From assembly GCA_951406725.2 (NCBI GenBank), contig OX597818.1, positions 36,270,001-36,334,000 of the forward strand: 64,000 bases of DNA, written 5' to 3'. Numbering within the stretch: position 1 is the first letter of the stretch; each line of letters opens with the position of its first letter. The translations under genes and the position numbers were made by a program. The notes under the pieces are model-generated. The model was not told the DNA's origin, made no database searches, and saw only the letters and a program-made list of their open reading frames with translations. This stretch comes from Octopus vulgaris. Taxonomy: Eukaryota. Below, in pieces: positions 42,124-56,137 of this stretch.

Positions 42124-42754
42124 GTATGTGAGCTTGTGTTTTGTGTTGTGTGATGTGTGTCTACGCACAGACACGTGAGGGAGGTAGAGCGTGTGACGGA
42201 TGGAGAAGATGGGGTGGGGGAGAGAGAAAACATGGATGTATGGTACACTGATGGGGAATCAGACAAGGAATAAATTGCTAGTTCGTATTCTACCTATGGC
42301 ACTTTTGTGCTTCCATACTCAGACTCGGGCTGCAAGGTTCTTGTCATCTCTACATTTTTTTTTTATTTCTCTTTACTTTTCTCTCTAACCCTCCACCCGT
42401 TTACTTTACTTAAATGGCAATCCAGAGCATCAGTAGAGCTTGGCTTCATCGTCCACCTGTATCACTTCTATCTATTTCTCTATTTCTGTCTCTGCCTTTC
42501 TCTCAGACTGCGTCTCTCCCTCAGTTCTCTCTCTCTTTCTCTCTTTCTTTCCTCTCTTTCTCTCTCTCTCTCTCGCACGCTCTAAGTTTCATTCTTCTTT
42601 TGGTGGGGTTGTTCAGAAGATAAAGGTGACAAGATGTTCGTGTTTATTAATGAAATGTTTTACTTGCATTGCGTAACTTATTTTCCTGTCAAAACAGCCT
42701 AAGATCGTCATACATAAACATATACAAACATACCATACACACATACAAATACAT

Positions 42755-42789
<35 letters not shown>

Positions 42790-43291
42790 TATATATTATG
42801 TATATATATATATATATATATAAATATAGACATATATATAATTACACACACACACTCACATATATATGTATGTATGTGTATATATATATATATGCGTACA
42901 CATACAAATATATATATGTACTGAGAGACAGTGAGAGAGAAGTGAGAGCAAAAGCGAGTGAGTAAAAGCAAACAGACGCAATGAAGCTGTATTTGTGTCT
43001 GTGCTTGCATATTTATCGCCGTGCGTTTGTGTATGTGTATGCGTCTGTGTGTGTGTGTATGTGTGTGTGTGTGTGTGTGTGTGACCTGTAATAGGAGATA
43101 CACCAAATAACGGATGCAGTGGTTTTAGGGACATTCCCAAATACAGTGGTCAAGTTGGAGATTTCTGTTTTTCCCGAGAAACTTAACTAAAAAATATATT
43201 TCATCCAATATTTAAAATTCATCTCGTCCAAAAAACGTTATATTTCACACACGCACACACACACACGCACACACACACATACACACACACA

Positions 43292-43337
<46 letters not shown>

Positions 43338-44571
43338 CACACACAGACGTGCGCATAGTCAGACAGATATTCGCATACGCATACCAGTACATCAAAGCTT
43401 ACACGTATTCTTACGTAGTCGTACGTACATACTTGTACATATATTAACACCCACGCACGCATTCATTCTCAGACGAAAATAGGATAATTAAAATTTTTTG
43501 TTGTTTTAATTGTTTGATGTTTGTATTGTTGTTGTTGCTGTTAGTGTTAATATTGATGTTAGTTCCAAAGAAAGAAACTCCTAATCAAAGTTATTCGGAA
43601 GATTCCAGAAATTTCTAGGACAGTATTATTCTGTTAAGATTGATAAAGATTTGCCTTTTTTTTTCACTATTTAAATACATATATAAGGAACGTACATTTA
43701 CTCAGGATGTCATCTTCATATACGTCCGCATAAAGTCACCTTCACAGAATTCACAGGCGACGACAACGCTTCTTCGACAGCTTCACTCGTGACTTGGACA
43801 CGAAACCATTAATTATGTCACTTTATTAAAGTTATTAATTGTTAGTAAATTTAACAACAACAGTCGTAACAAATGATGTTTTTGTTGTTGTTGGTGTGCC
43901 CTCTGTCCCCTTTCATCAGACAACACTTTGATCAAAAACCCCGTCTTATTCCAGTCGCGGTTAATCTAGGGTTATATAATCCAACGTCCTTCCTTTTCTT
44001 GGGCCGTAGTTTGTAATTTTCAGGTGATTTAGATCAGATAACACGAAGAAGTTACCCCGTGCGATTTTATAACAGTTCGTATAATTTGCAGGTTTTTATA
44101 TTAAAATTTTTTTTTGGAAGGGCATGTAAGGCAAAAGCTCTAATAGTTTTCGCTTTATAGAAGTATTAATCTGAAGGTTTACATCTGTAGGAAGTATATG
44201 TAAATGACACATCGGACAGATGTATTTTCTTCCAGATACTACGGCATTTTCATTGCATGTTCTATCATATTTCTATCTGAATTATTCCATTTCATGCCAT
44301 CCCAATTATCTAATTTCATGCCTGGTGCTCTTTGAGTTATTCCCCTTTGTTCACATATTGAAATTATACAAATTGCTGTATGTGATGGCTCAAAAACCGC
44401 ATGGGTTTAGTAGACACACCCCAATTTCAGCAGCGCATATTCAGGGAAAAAATGATTTTAATGTATTAAAACTTATAGAAAGCCCAACTTTGCATATAAG
44501 GATCTATGATGATTTTTAAAGATGTGTGTTTTATATGTTTTAAAGCGCGTGTGTTTTATATGCTATTATAT

Positions 44572-44861
44572 CACGTGATCACGTGACCGACCAGACCATC
44601 AGATGTTGTTACACATCGCTGGTCACAATGCGTTCGCATTGTTTTAGCCTTCGAATGACGCCACCCCGCTGGCTAAGCGAGCAGGCCAACAGAAGAAAGA
44701 GTGGTGAAAGAGTACAGCAGGGATCACCACCCCTGCCGGAGCCTCGTGGAGCTTTTAGGTGTTTTCGCTCAATAAACACTCACAACGCCCGGTCTGGGAA
44801 TTGAAACCGCGATCCTGCGACCGCGAGTCCGCTGCCCTAACCACTAGGCCATTGCGCCTCC
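44572..44861 (-). mobile_element. Young full-length tRNA-derived SINE
   Basis: GGAGGCGCAATGGCCTAGTGGTTAGGGCAGCGGACTCGCGG head, GGTTTCAATTCC B-box, (CACGTGAT)2 tail; 14-bp TSD ATATGCTATTATAT at 44558-44571 and 44862-44875. Confidence 0.92.
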
Positions 44862-45778
44862 ATATGCTATTATATACGGTATTCCTTCACCCATTCACTT
44901 GCCTACACACATCTCTCCAGCTGGAAGAACCCATCTTGCGACTTCACTCAGCATTAAGTATTTAGTGTCACCCTTTGTCTGAATACATATGCTTTAATCA
45001 CTATATTAAGGCTGCGAATAGGGAAAGAAGTTTTTTTTTAAGAACCTAAGTGGAATTTGATTCAGAACATAGAGAGCTGGATTAAATACTGCAAGGTATC
45101 GGGTGCGATACTTCTATAGTTCAAATACCATTTTTAACTAGTAATTTTTATCGGCTCTGAACTCAGTGAGATTTGAACGCCGAACACTGAGATTCAGAAC
45201 AAATACAGTGAAGCATTTTAGCCAATACTTCAATGAGTCAGCTAAATCGCTGCCATTGCGAATTGTAATTGCCAAAATTCTTCGTAACATTCTTTTCGAC
45301 TTCTCAAAATGTATGTCCCCTGATAAAACCAAGCTCGAGAAAACAATGTTTCGCAAATGATATCTGATAAGCTCGAAGTATATTAAGTGTTAACGGCGAT
45401 CATTTTTTTTCCCTTTAATATAAACAGCAACATTTCTATAAAAATTATTTTAAAAAAAATTATCTCCCTTTTCTTTGCGAATCGCTAACAATTACTGTAT
45501 TCATTACAATGAATTTTGATTAACTTTTTGGTTTTACTGCAACTAAAATTTCAATTTATTAAAGATATTTTGCCTCCGTTTTACATAACCACTCACCTCC
45601 AGTATTGGTGCTGTTCTTTTAATCGTAACCAAAAATTTTTGAACGTTTTAATATATTTACTTCACCCTTTGGTATGGGTAACACCTCGAATAAAGCTGAA
45701 TACGACTGTCAACCTTTAGATTTGAATGTGTTGCAATTGGCTTAATATAAATCAAGTAAATGCACATACTTGCTATAT

Positions 45779-46011
45779 ATTTCTTTACTACCCACAAGGG
45801 GCTAAACACAGAAGGGACAAACAAGGACAGACAAACGGATTAAGTCGATTACATCGATCCCAGTACGTAACTAGTACTTAATTTATCGACCCCGAAAGGA
45901 TGAAAGGCAAAGTCGACCTCGGCGGAATTTGAACCCAGAACGTAATGTCAGACGAAATACGGCTACGCATTTCGCCCGGCGTGCTAACGTTTCTGCCAGC
46001 TCGCCGCCTTG
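45779..46011 (-). mobile_element. Full-length Meta-domain-like SINE
   Basis: AAGGCGGCGAGCTGGCAGAAACGTTAGCACG head; 20-bp TSD AATGCACATWCTTGCTATAT at 45759-45778 and 46012-46031. Confidence 0.92.
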
Positions 46012-46496
46012 AATGCACATTCTTGCTATATCAAACGAAATTAGCACACTTATCCAGCAGAAACACGTGTTAGAATGGAATATGAAGAAAAAAATTAATA
46101 ATAAATCATTTTTGAAGATGTCTAATTTTCCATTATTCATTATGATGTCTTAATTATAAACACTGATGCTGTATGAGATCCAATGAAGTGAACTCCGGAT
46201 TAATCTACTGAGTGAAGTACAGTTTAATTGTTTATCTTAAATGATTCGGACTGTTCCCTATCATTTGATCTGGTTTGTATGAGAGCGCTCATAAAGTACT
46301 ACCCAGGCTTTAAATCCCTATTCCGTTACGTTACATATATACATGCATACATACACGAGTAAGCACATAGATGTAAAACAAGGTGGAAAAAATAGTGCTC
46401 GAATGCCGAGAGTAGTGTAATATCCTTTTGTGTCAAAGCTGCAAAAATATCACAAAACCTGCAACTTCCCGTTCGTCTGATGGTTGTGTGTATATA

Positions 46497-47766
46497 CATA
46501 AAATAATGGAGAAAATAATAGAAATACCTTAAAATGTCAAACAAATATATTTTAATATGGAGTATGACCGCCTTTGGCAGTAATTTCAGCTTGAATTCTA
46601 CGAGGTATCGACTCCTACAAAGTTTCAGTTGTTTCCAAAGGAATTTATGTCCATTCTTCAGTAAAACAGTCTCCAGTTCTTGTAGTGATGATGGTGGAGG
46701 ATATCGACTCCTTATTTGTTTTTCTAAAGTGCACAATAGATGTTCAATAATATTGAGACCTGGGGACTGTGGTGGCCAGATAAGATGTTCAACTTCACTA
46801 GAATGTTCCTCGTGCGTTCAGTAACAATTTTAGCTGTGTGAATTGGTGCATTATCATCCTGAAAGATTGCGTTTCCCTCCGGAAACAGTTCCGCAAACAT
46901 AGGACGAATTTGATCAGAGAAAATGCTTAAATAGTCTTTACTATTAATTCTGCTATGAAGGAAACCATTGGGCCGGCAGATTTCCAAGATATAGCTCCCC
47001 CACATCACAGATCCTCTTCCATGTTTAACAGTTGGAAGCAGGCAGTCTGGGTCAAATGCTTCTTTTGGCAGTCTCCACACGTATACTCGGCCGGTGGTCG
47101 GAAATAAGGTAAAGGATGAATCGTCCGAGAAAATATTATTCTTCCACTGCTCTAGGGACCGATTCTGTAGGTTTTTACTCCAGTCTAAATGCTTTGCAAC
47201 GTTGGTTTATGGAAGTAGTGGTTTTCTGATTGCAGCCCTCCCGTGAAATCCGGCTTTGTGGAGCTCCCAGCGAACGGCTTTTGCGGAAACTGGGTTCTCG
47301 AGGTGATCATTAAACTCTGCACGAATTCTGGGAGCTGTACTTTTGTGATTTTTTCTAACAATTCGTGTATAAGTCCGACAGTTCCTATCTAAAAGTTATG
47401 TTTTTGTTTTGGAGTTCTGTTTCGACGAGGAGGTTTTTCTCATTTTCTCAAAGGCTGTCATTACTTTCGAGACAGTACTTCTTGATACACCAAACATTTC
47501 GACTGATTTCGTTACGCTAGCGCCTGCCATACGAGCAACAACAATTTGACATCCTTGAAAGTCCAATAGATCTGTCATTTAATGAATTTTAATTACCTTT
47601 TTCTGATGATATCTGAAAAGAAACGGGCAATTTTAGCAAAACATACTAAGCAACGTTAATAATAAATCAAAAATATAAAAATAAACAAGCTTCTGACGGT
47701 TTCATAGATATTTCAATATTATGATGCTATGATGCTAGGTGTTTCCATTATTTTGTCCAACCCATG
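46497..47766 (-). mobile_element. Near full-length Tc1-like transposon with frameshifted DDE transposase
   Basis: TIRs (..GGASAAAATAATRGAAAYACC) with TA flanks; minus-strand MTDLLDFQGCQIVVAR.., WKNNIFSDDSSF, TVKHGRGSVM, IFQDDNAPIH, WPPQSPGLNIIE motifs in broken frames. Confidence 0.93.
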
Positions 47767-48284
<518 letters not shown>

Positions 48285-48286
<2 letters not shown>

Positions 48287-48645
48287 CGGGAAGCTTTATG
48301 AAAATAAACAAAAGACGAAGGCAGGTGGAAAACAAACGAACAATTGTATTAGTATGTATTATTGTATTATAGCCGGGGGCGTAAACACACCAGCATCGGT
48401 TGTCAAGAGATGCTGGGGGGACACAAACATACACACACACACACACACAGACACACAGACACACAGACACACACATATATATATCTTATCTTATATAGTG
48501 GCATTTTCAAACTTCGTTTTTATAAATATATACCCACACGTATGCCACCTACACTTTATATATATATATATATATATGACGAGCTTCTTCCAGTTTCCGT
48601 CTACCAAATCCACTCACAAGTATTTGGTCGAACTGAGGCTAAGTG

Positions 48646-48650
<5 letters not shown>
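48285..48650. mobile_element. Composite insertion: Penelope-like end + copy of 49473-49737
   Basis: 48285-48356 matches 52029-52092; 48374-48641 duplicates 49473-49737; the whole block sits inside (TA)n. Confidence 0.8.
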
Positions 48651-48696
<46 letters not shown>

Positions 48697-49340
48697 TAAT
48701 TGAATTTAAGCACTGACACAAGGACACGCATTTTTTGAGGAGTGTGTCGTCAATTGAAATCGCAATCAGTGATTGTTACTTTACCTATGTACCTATCAAC
48801 ACGCACGCACACAAACAAAAACACACACAAATACTCACACAAACACTTACACACACACACACATACGTGTCATTGCGTGAAAGGTTCATTTTATATTTCT
48901 ATATATTTCTTACAGAGGTGACTGACGTCTTTTCAAGGTTATTTAGAAAACTACGCTCAGAATGTTGATCATTCTGAATTTAACAGTTCTCCGTCCATCT
49001 TTCACAGTTTATATTTGATATGTAATAATGATTTCTTTGTGTATATAAATACATATTGCATTGTTTTCTTTTACTAACAGGCAAGAAAATGTTGAATTAA
49101 AATATCCATCTTAGATTTTTAAATATGCTTTGTTTTATTTTGTTGTTTTATTTTGTTCAACTGTACAGTTGAATTTGTCACATTAGAATTTAAACTTCAA
49201 ATGATTCTGCCAAGTTTGGTTGTGGTGATAGTGGTCGTGGCAGGAGGGTCACTTTACTAATATATACTTGCCTAATGTCCAGTTTCCCATTTCTGCTCCT
49301 CTGCTCAGAGTCACAATCTCTCTCTTTTTTTTTTTTTTTT

Positions 49341-49525
49341 TACTTGCTTCAGTCATTTGACTGCGGCCATGCTGGAGCACCGCCTTTATAGTCGAGCAAA
49401 TCGACCCCAGAGCTTATTCTTTGTAAGCCTAGTACTTATTCTATCGGTCGCTTTTGCCGAACCGCTAAGTTACGGGGACGTAAACACACCAGCATCGGTT
49501 GTCAAGAGATGCCGGGGGGACACAA

Positions 49526-49563
<38 letters not shown>

Positions 49564-49632
49564 CTTATCTTATATAGTGACGTTTTCAAACTTCGTTTTT
49601 ATAAATATATACCCACACGTATGCCACCTACA

Positions 49633-49675
<43 letters not shown>

Positions 49676-49837
49676 CGAGCTTCTTCCAGTTTCCGTCTAC
49701 CAAATCCACTCACAAGTATTTGGTCGACCTGAGGCTATAGTAGAAGACACTTGTTCAACGTGTCACACAGTAGGACTGAACACGGGACCATGTAGTATGT
49801 AAGCAAGCTACTTACCACACAGCCACTCCTGCGCCTA
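49341..49837 (-). mobile_element. Full-length microsatellite-containing tRNA SINE
   Basis: Head AGGCGCAGGAGTGGCTGTGTGGTAAG, B-box-like GTTCAGTCC, internal (TA/TG)n, tail ..GCATGGCCGCAGTCAAATGACTGAAGCAAGTAA + poly(A). Confidence 0.9.
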
Positions 49838-49859
49838 TCTAACAGGATTACTAAGGGAT

Positions 49860-50747
49860 TGTTTTCTGCTATAGGTGCAAGGTCTGAAATATGGGTGGGT
49901 GAGGGGAGTGATCAGTCGTTTAAATCAACCCCAGTGTTCCATTGGTACTTATTTAATTGACTCTGAGAGGACGAAAGGCAAAGTCAACTTCGGTGGAATT
50001 TGATCTCAGAACGCAAGGACGAATGAAATGCAGCCAAGCATTTTGTCCGGCCTACTAACGGCTCTGCCAGCTTGCCACCTTACCAGGATACTTTCGAATT
50101 TTGGCACAAGGCCAGCAATTTCGGGTGAGGAGTTAGTCAATTACATCGACCCTAGTGCTCAACTAGTACTTATTTTGAGCCCGAAAGTGTTGAAAAGCAA
50201 AGTCAACCACGACGAAATTTGAACTCCGAACGCAAAGACGGATATAATACAGCTAAGTATTTGGTCCGGCTTACAAACGGCTCTGACTGTTTGCCGCCTT
50301 ACCAGGATATTTAATTATTAGTTTCCAATTTTGGCACAAAGTCAGCATTTTCGAGGGAGGCGTTAGTCAATTACATCGATCTCAGTGCGAAAGGGTTGAA
50401 AGGTAAAGTCAGCCTCGGCGAAATTTGAACTCAGAACGCAAAGGGGGATGAAACGCAACTAAGCATGTTGTCTGACCTGCTAACAATTCTGCCAACCTGC
50501 CGCCTTAACAGAGTATTTAATTATTTTATTTCTTTATTGCCTACAAGGGGCAAAACACAGAGGGGACAAACAAACAGACAAACGGACTAAGTCGATTAAA
50601 TCGACCCCAGTGCGTAACCGGTATTTATTTAATCGACCCCAAAAGGATGAAAAGCAAAGTCGACCTCGGCAGAATTTGAACTCAGAATGTAACGGCAGAC
50701 GAAATACCGCTAAGCATTTCGCCCGACGTGCTAACGCTTCTGTCAGC
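49860..50747 (-). mobile_element. Array of four head-to-tail Meta-domain-like SINEs
   Basis: Four AAAG(G/C)AAAGTC..AATTTGA(A/T)CTC-type cores; youngest copy 50526-50747 has TSD GTATTTAATTATT at 50513-50525 and 50748-50760. Confidence 0.88.
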
Positions 50748-51448
50748 GTATTTAATTATTGATACAATATTTATACACTTCCTATAGCTTACAGCTATGG
50801 ACTGTTATTACAAGTGGTATCTGTTTACAATGAGATTGATTTAGACCTCAAATTATGAACACGATTGTGTTAAACATAAAACAGCACAAAAGCGGAACAA
50901 TTTTTTCTGTTGTTGGCTTCTGTCTTCTCAATCCTGAGTTCAAAATCAACTGAATTCGATTTCTTTTCTTTTTCGTAACTCTGCAATACACTTGAGTATC
51001 ATCAAATATTTTCTTACCAAAATTAGTCTTTTATTGCAGAAAACACAGTATTGAAGGCCTCGCAATAACATAGTTTCGGTGTCAATTCCACAGTGTGATA
51101 TTTTGAGCAGGTGTCCTACATTAGCTCCGTGCTAACGAATGTTGTGTGAGTGAATTTGGTAAACAGAAACTGTATGGAAGCCCCATGAATATTTTATATA
51201 TGTGTATGTGTTTGTCTGTGTTTGTGTGCGTATATATGTTTTGTGCGTGTGTACCCTCCCTGCTTGAGAGCCGGTGTTAGTTTGTTTACGTACACGCAAT
51301 TTAGAGATTCGGTAAAAGAAAAAGTTCCAGACATAGAAAATAAGTTCTGATAAATTTGTTTCACTAAACCCTTCAAGACGTCAGCGCGGCTGCACTCTGA
51401 CGACGTAAACAAGCCAGTGACAAACGATGGATCTTCTTGGCCTAGAGC

Positions 51449-51630
51449 AGTGCTCCGCAAACTTTTCTCTCTAGCGGTATACTTATATTTTCGAAATTCG
51501 GTGGCACACCTGAACTAAAGATATGACTATATGTATAGGGAAAAAAATTATATTCAGCTTACACTGTGTCACACCTAGCATCGTTTCGCGGCACACCAGT
51601 GGGCTGCAGCATATAAGTTGCAGAGTACTA
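51449..51630. mobile_element. Possible hAT (Charlie-like) MITE
   Basis: Starts TAGAG|CAGTGCTCCGCAAACT with internal GCGGCACAC repeats; the right TIR is degraded. Confidence 0.4.
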
Positions 51631-51950
51631 GCACGTCAACCATTTCGAAACAACGTTCCAGTTTCGAGTCTTTGTTGCAATGCTGTTGATTTTTCAGTGA
51701 ACAAATTTATTGATAGTTTTTATTCCATTAACTCTCTAGGTAGGTTTGCTCCTCTTGCTATTTTGTGTTCATTATTTTCTGACTGGAAACGATGAATTTT
51801 TTTAACAAGAAATGTCGAAAAGAAGAGGAATATTTCGTCAATTTTATTTATGTTTTGATCAGTTTTAGTCTTTCTCGCATCATTCTCCTTTTTCTTCCTT
51901 TTCTCCTACCTTCTCCTCTTCTCGCATTCATTCTCTCTCTCTCTCTCTCC

Positions 51951-52030
<80 letters not shown>

Positions 52031-52348
52031 CGGGAAGCTTTATGAAAATAGACAAAAGACGAAGGCAGGTGGAAAACAAACAAACAATTGTATACATACA
52101 CACACATATATATATGAGGATAATAATAATAATATTAATAATAATAACAATAATAATAATAATGATAGTAAAGGGTAAAAATCATTAATGATTTTTACCA
52201 GGTGGTCAACGCAGAAATAAAATCCTCATAGGTAAACTTTACACACATCTTATGATTATATACATAATTATAGCAAGGGCTTGGCTTGCACCTCACCACG
52301 CATTGAAAAAATAGACGTCAAAAGACACTATTACCACCATATGGATTT

Positions 52349-53079
52349 TAAGAAGAGTATACTTAATTTCTCAACTTGACAACTGTTTCAAGAAGCTCAG
52401 AATTACATAATATTCGTAATGTTCTTGCTTTTCAGATGGGCAAAAAGTCTTGGGTATGTAACTAGTAAACAGTCGCACAAGAGATATTACGATATGTCTG
52501 GCTACCATCGTCAAGAGAAAAGTGGAAACCACCCAGAAAAAAATACAGTAGACAAGGTGGTCGAAGGCATATTATTGCCTTGAACCAAAAGAAATTGGCA
52601 AAAGCAGTTCATATCGTAGAGATTTCAAAGCCAAATGGAGAGAGGAGGAAGATTAAGAACGAGCGGCAGGGAGAGGGAAAGATATAAACGGCGTAGTGAG
52701 CGGGAATAAAGATATAGAAATACCCGCTTCTTCCCTAATAGAAATAGCCAATGCCCTTCTTCATGCCTCTCATTTCTTCTACTCCCTCTTCCTACACCGA
52801 TTATATCTTCCCTCCGCATGCCTTTGGTTCTTTATCTTCCTCCTCTCTTTTTTCAACGTTCAAATCTCTGGCATAACTATATGCATTGCTTTTGCCCCAT
52901 TTCTCTTGATGAAGGTAGCCGGGCTTAGGGTAATATCTTTGAGTGACTGTTTACTAGTTACCTTCATACGAAAGACATTTTGCACATTCCACCTGATAAT
53001 TATTATTTTTACAATTATTACGTAAATTCGAGCTCTCTGGAACAGCTATCGTGTTAAGAAATTATGTGGTGTCTTCTTA
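52349..53079. repeat. Degenerate ~730-bp fold-back (inverted repeat)
   Basis: Arms align throughout, e.g. GTAACTAGTAAACAGTC (52458) with GACTGTTTACTAGTTAC (~52945) and GAGAGGAGGAAGAT with ATCTTCCTCCTCTC. Confidence 0.8.
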
Positions 53080-53494
53080 GCATTCTGTATTGTTTATGCT
53101 CTATGCGAACATATTTGTATACATATGTTTATATGCACATATGTGTTTATCATTCTGAACATATGCATATATATATATATATATATACACATGTACGTAT
53201 ACATATATGTTTATATTTGTGTGTGTGTGTGTTTGTGTATATATGTACCTAAGCATGTATTTATGTATGTATAAATATAAGTCAAGTCTAATTGTGTTCA
53301 TCTGCATTACTACTTCCATATCACTTCGTATTGGAATCCTCTTATAACTACTCTTGGCGCCGTGGGCCTAGTCCTAGATGAAGATTACGGAGTTTAAATT
53401 AAAATTCATTTGAACATTACTACTTATTCTCTACACCGAGTATTTCTAGCTCTTACCTACTGTCTATATATATATATATATATATATATAATAA

Positions 53495-53640
53495 AATATT
53501 AGGGAATAAATCCAAATTTACAGGGAAAAATCAGATTTAGGATTGAATCCAATTTTATAGTAAAATATTATATGTATTGGCTTAAGTTTTTCATTGTATG
53601 ATTTGCCTAATAGTGGTTTTATCTCTAATTTAATATTATA
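53495..53640. mobile_element. Internally deleted relative of the 56137-56678 element
   Basis: Shares the left end AATATTAGGGA.TAAATC.AAA.TTACAGGGAAAAAT.AGATTT and the right end GATTTGC.TAATAGTGGTTT..ATCTCT; lies in (TA)n. Confidence 0.75.
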
Positions 53641-54527
53641 TATATATGATTATATATGCGCACACACACACATATATATATATACATATATACACATACA
53701 CAATTTGAGATTCGTATTGCATTATACTCTTTTATTTTAAACACACACAACTCTGCGTTGTATACTTATTGTATATTTGTATGCATATTGTATTTATAGA
53801 AGTAAACGCATGTGTGCTATACTCTTAGTATAATAAAATTAGTTCCTTCTTTGACTTACCTTTGGAGATTTATCCATTAATTTATGTTTAATCTCTGTTA
53901 GCTTAGAGAGAGAGAGAGAAAGTGAAGGAGAGAGAGAGGAAGGAGGGGGAATAATTCTGAATGGCAAGAAGAATTACACTTAGACAACTTGAACATCGCT
54001 ATGAAGATACCCTACACGTTTCAAGTTTAGTATAAATTATATAGAGCACTTGCTTGTTATTCCTTAACAGCCAATATCATTCCAAGTGTGATCTACTCCG
54101 ATCTTGTTTCTGTGCATCAGCGATTGTAATATTCAGTTCTTCCTTCATTTAAGACGGATTTGTGATTTGAGATAGGAGCGCTTGCTATTTCTAGCTGGTT
54201 GAACGACTACGTAGAGTGTCCTTCCTTGACTGATCAGTTCGTTGACTGGTCAGTTTGTTGTTTTACGGAAACGAAATCTATTTCATCCACCAGGCGATAG
54301 ACATGTATGGTATGTTATGGCAAACGACATACTTCTATGCTTCTAATGAGGTAGTCCAGCACCACATTGTCCAGTTGCGACTCTGTATGAAAAAAAGTAA
54401 AATAATTTTTTTTTTTTTTAAATAAAAGTTTTATTCCAATGTACAATATAAATAAACAAGACTCTGGAGCGTCTTAAATTCGTAAATTTGTCGCATTGGC
54501 AAATGTTATTTCTCTGTGTGTATATAT

Positions 54528-54598
<71 letters not shown>

Positions 54599-54750
54599 AG
54601 TAAGATTCAGTTGAGGTACTTCATTAGGTCGGAATATATATTACAAAGATATAATGTGCTCATTTATAAATTAAAAAAGTCGTTAGAAACAGCCGTAAAG
54701 AATTGACGTATGTCCTTCAATTGTTACTTATTTACTTATTTATATTATAT

Positions 54751-54817
<67 letters not shown>

Positions 54818-55547
54818 GTTTCATCAGGAGAAATGGATGTTACCCTCTTTAAAACAGCCACGGCAAGTTGAAGGGCGGAAGAAAGTTATTCTTTCACCGA
54901 AGACCGGATGCGAATATTTGCAAAAAATAGGCTCACTCAAAGGAGTAGTACAATGGTCAGATATGGTGTTAAACCGTGCTGTGATTAAGACACTGATTAA
55001 ATTGTATGGCAGCTTAAGGCGTGGATTATACCGTGTGATGAATGAAGATACTCAAGCAGATTCTGTTGAGATTTGAACTATAAGTGCAAACGAACTGGTA
55101 CAAAATGGTTAAATGCCGTTTAGGTGCTCTAAAGATTATGCCTGTCCACTACTCTAGAGTGGTAACTTAATAGTTTCAGGAATATAGAGTGCTCAGCAGC
55201 TTTAGTTGAAGTCAATATACAAGTGAGGTTCGATTCCTGGTTAAGCTACTGTTAAGGCTGATATCAAGAGGAAATAGAATTTTATAGATAACTAAATTAT
55301 AAATCTAAGTTACTATTAGCCAAACCTTATTAATGGGTACGAAAAATTACATTTTATTTCCTGTATTCCACATTATAATTTTACAGGCAGAACAGCGAAG
55401 AATTGGTTAAACATGTTTTTGAGTTTCTTTACTACCAGAGGCCAATGAAATAAATATTCCTTACGGTTGCTGCTTATAGCCTAGCTTAATTGAGCAGTTA
55501 TATGGTGAAAGGCATTGCAGCTGTGGCTATACTGTCTCTTTTTCAGG

Positions 55548-56081
55548 CATTTCGAGAAACGAATCACCCCAGAATGCATTCACTAAAAGAATTAAGGGCG
55601 TGATAGATTTCGATTATTGGGAACACCTTAAATCATTGAAACTTTGTCCTCTCCAGTGCTGCTGTGATCGATACATCATCTGCACAATGTGGAGAATATA
55701 TCACTAGCATTGCCCAAACGACTCAACATTAGTTTCAGAATTCCTCCAAGGCTAGGACCACGTGCCATACGTCTCCTACCCGATTCAGGATTTCAACACA
55801 TTAATACACTGCAACATAGTTTCTTTCCCTCAACAGGCCCTACCCTATTTAACACGGTCCCAAAAAAACCCAGAGAAGAAAAAGGACCCATCACCTTTAA
55901 ACAGAATCTGGACAAATTTCTGCAAGGGATACCAGATTAGCCACCTAACCCATGATACAACTCACTCAACAAGAACTGACACCACAAAGTTTGACTCAAA
56001 AATGAATTTAGAAAATTCTATCAGGTGGTGTTATTGTGATAGACATGGCCTGGACCGATCTTTGGTCGAAACATATCAAAG

Positions 56082-56082
<1 letters not shown>
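55548..56082 (+). pseudogene. CR1-like LINE 3' fragment
   Basis: QNAFTKRIKGVIDFDYWEHLKSLKLCPLQCCCDRYII (cf. YWERLKxLKLYSLQRRRERYII) and GPTLFNTVP..FKQNLDKFLQGIPD. Confidence 0.8.

Positions 56083-56136
<54 letters not shown>

Positions 56137-56137
<1 letters not shown>

Noticed and set aside
44790-44861. tRNA-like sequence
   Set aside because: It is the head of a TSD-flanked SINE; no complete acceptor stem or terminator.
52436-52453. Apparent 18-nt microexon (TTGCTTTTCAG|ATGGGCAAAAAGTCTTGG|GTATGT)
   Set aside because: Lies inside one arm of the 52349-53079 fold-back and aligns with the other arm, so the splice-like signals are probably chance; only junction reads could rescue it.
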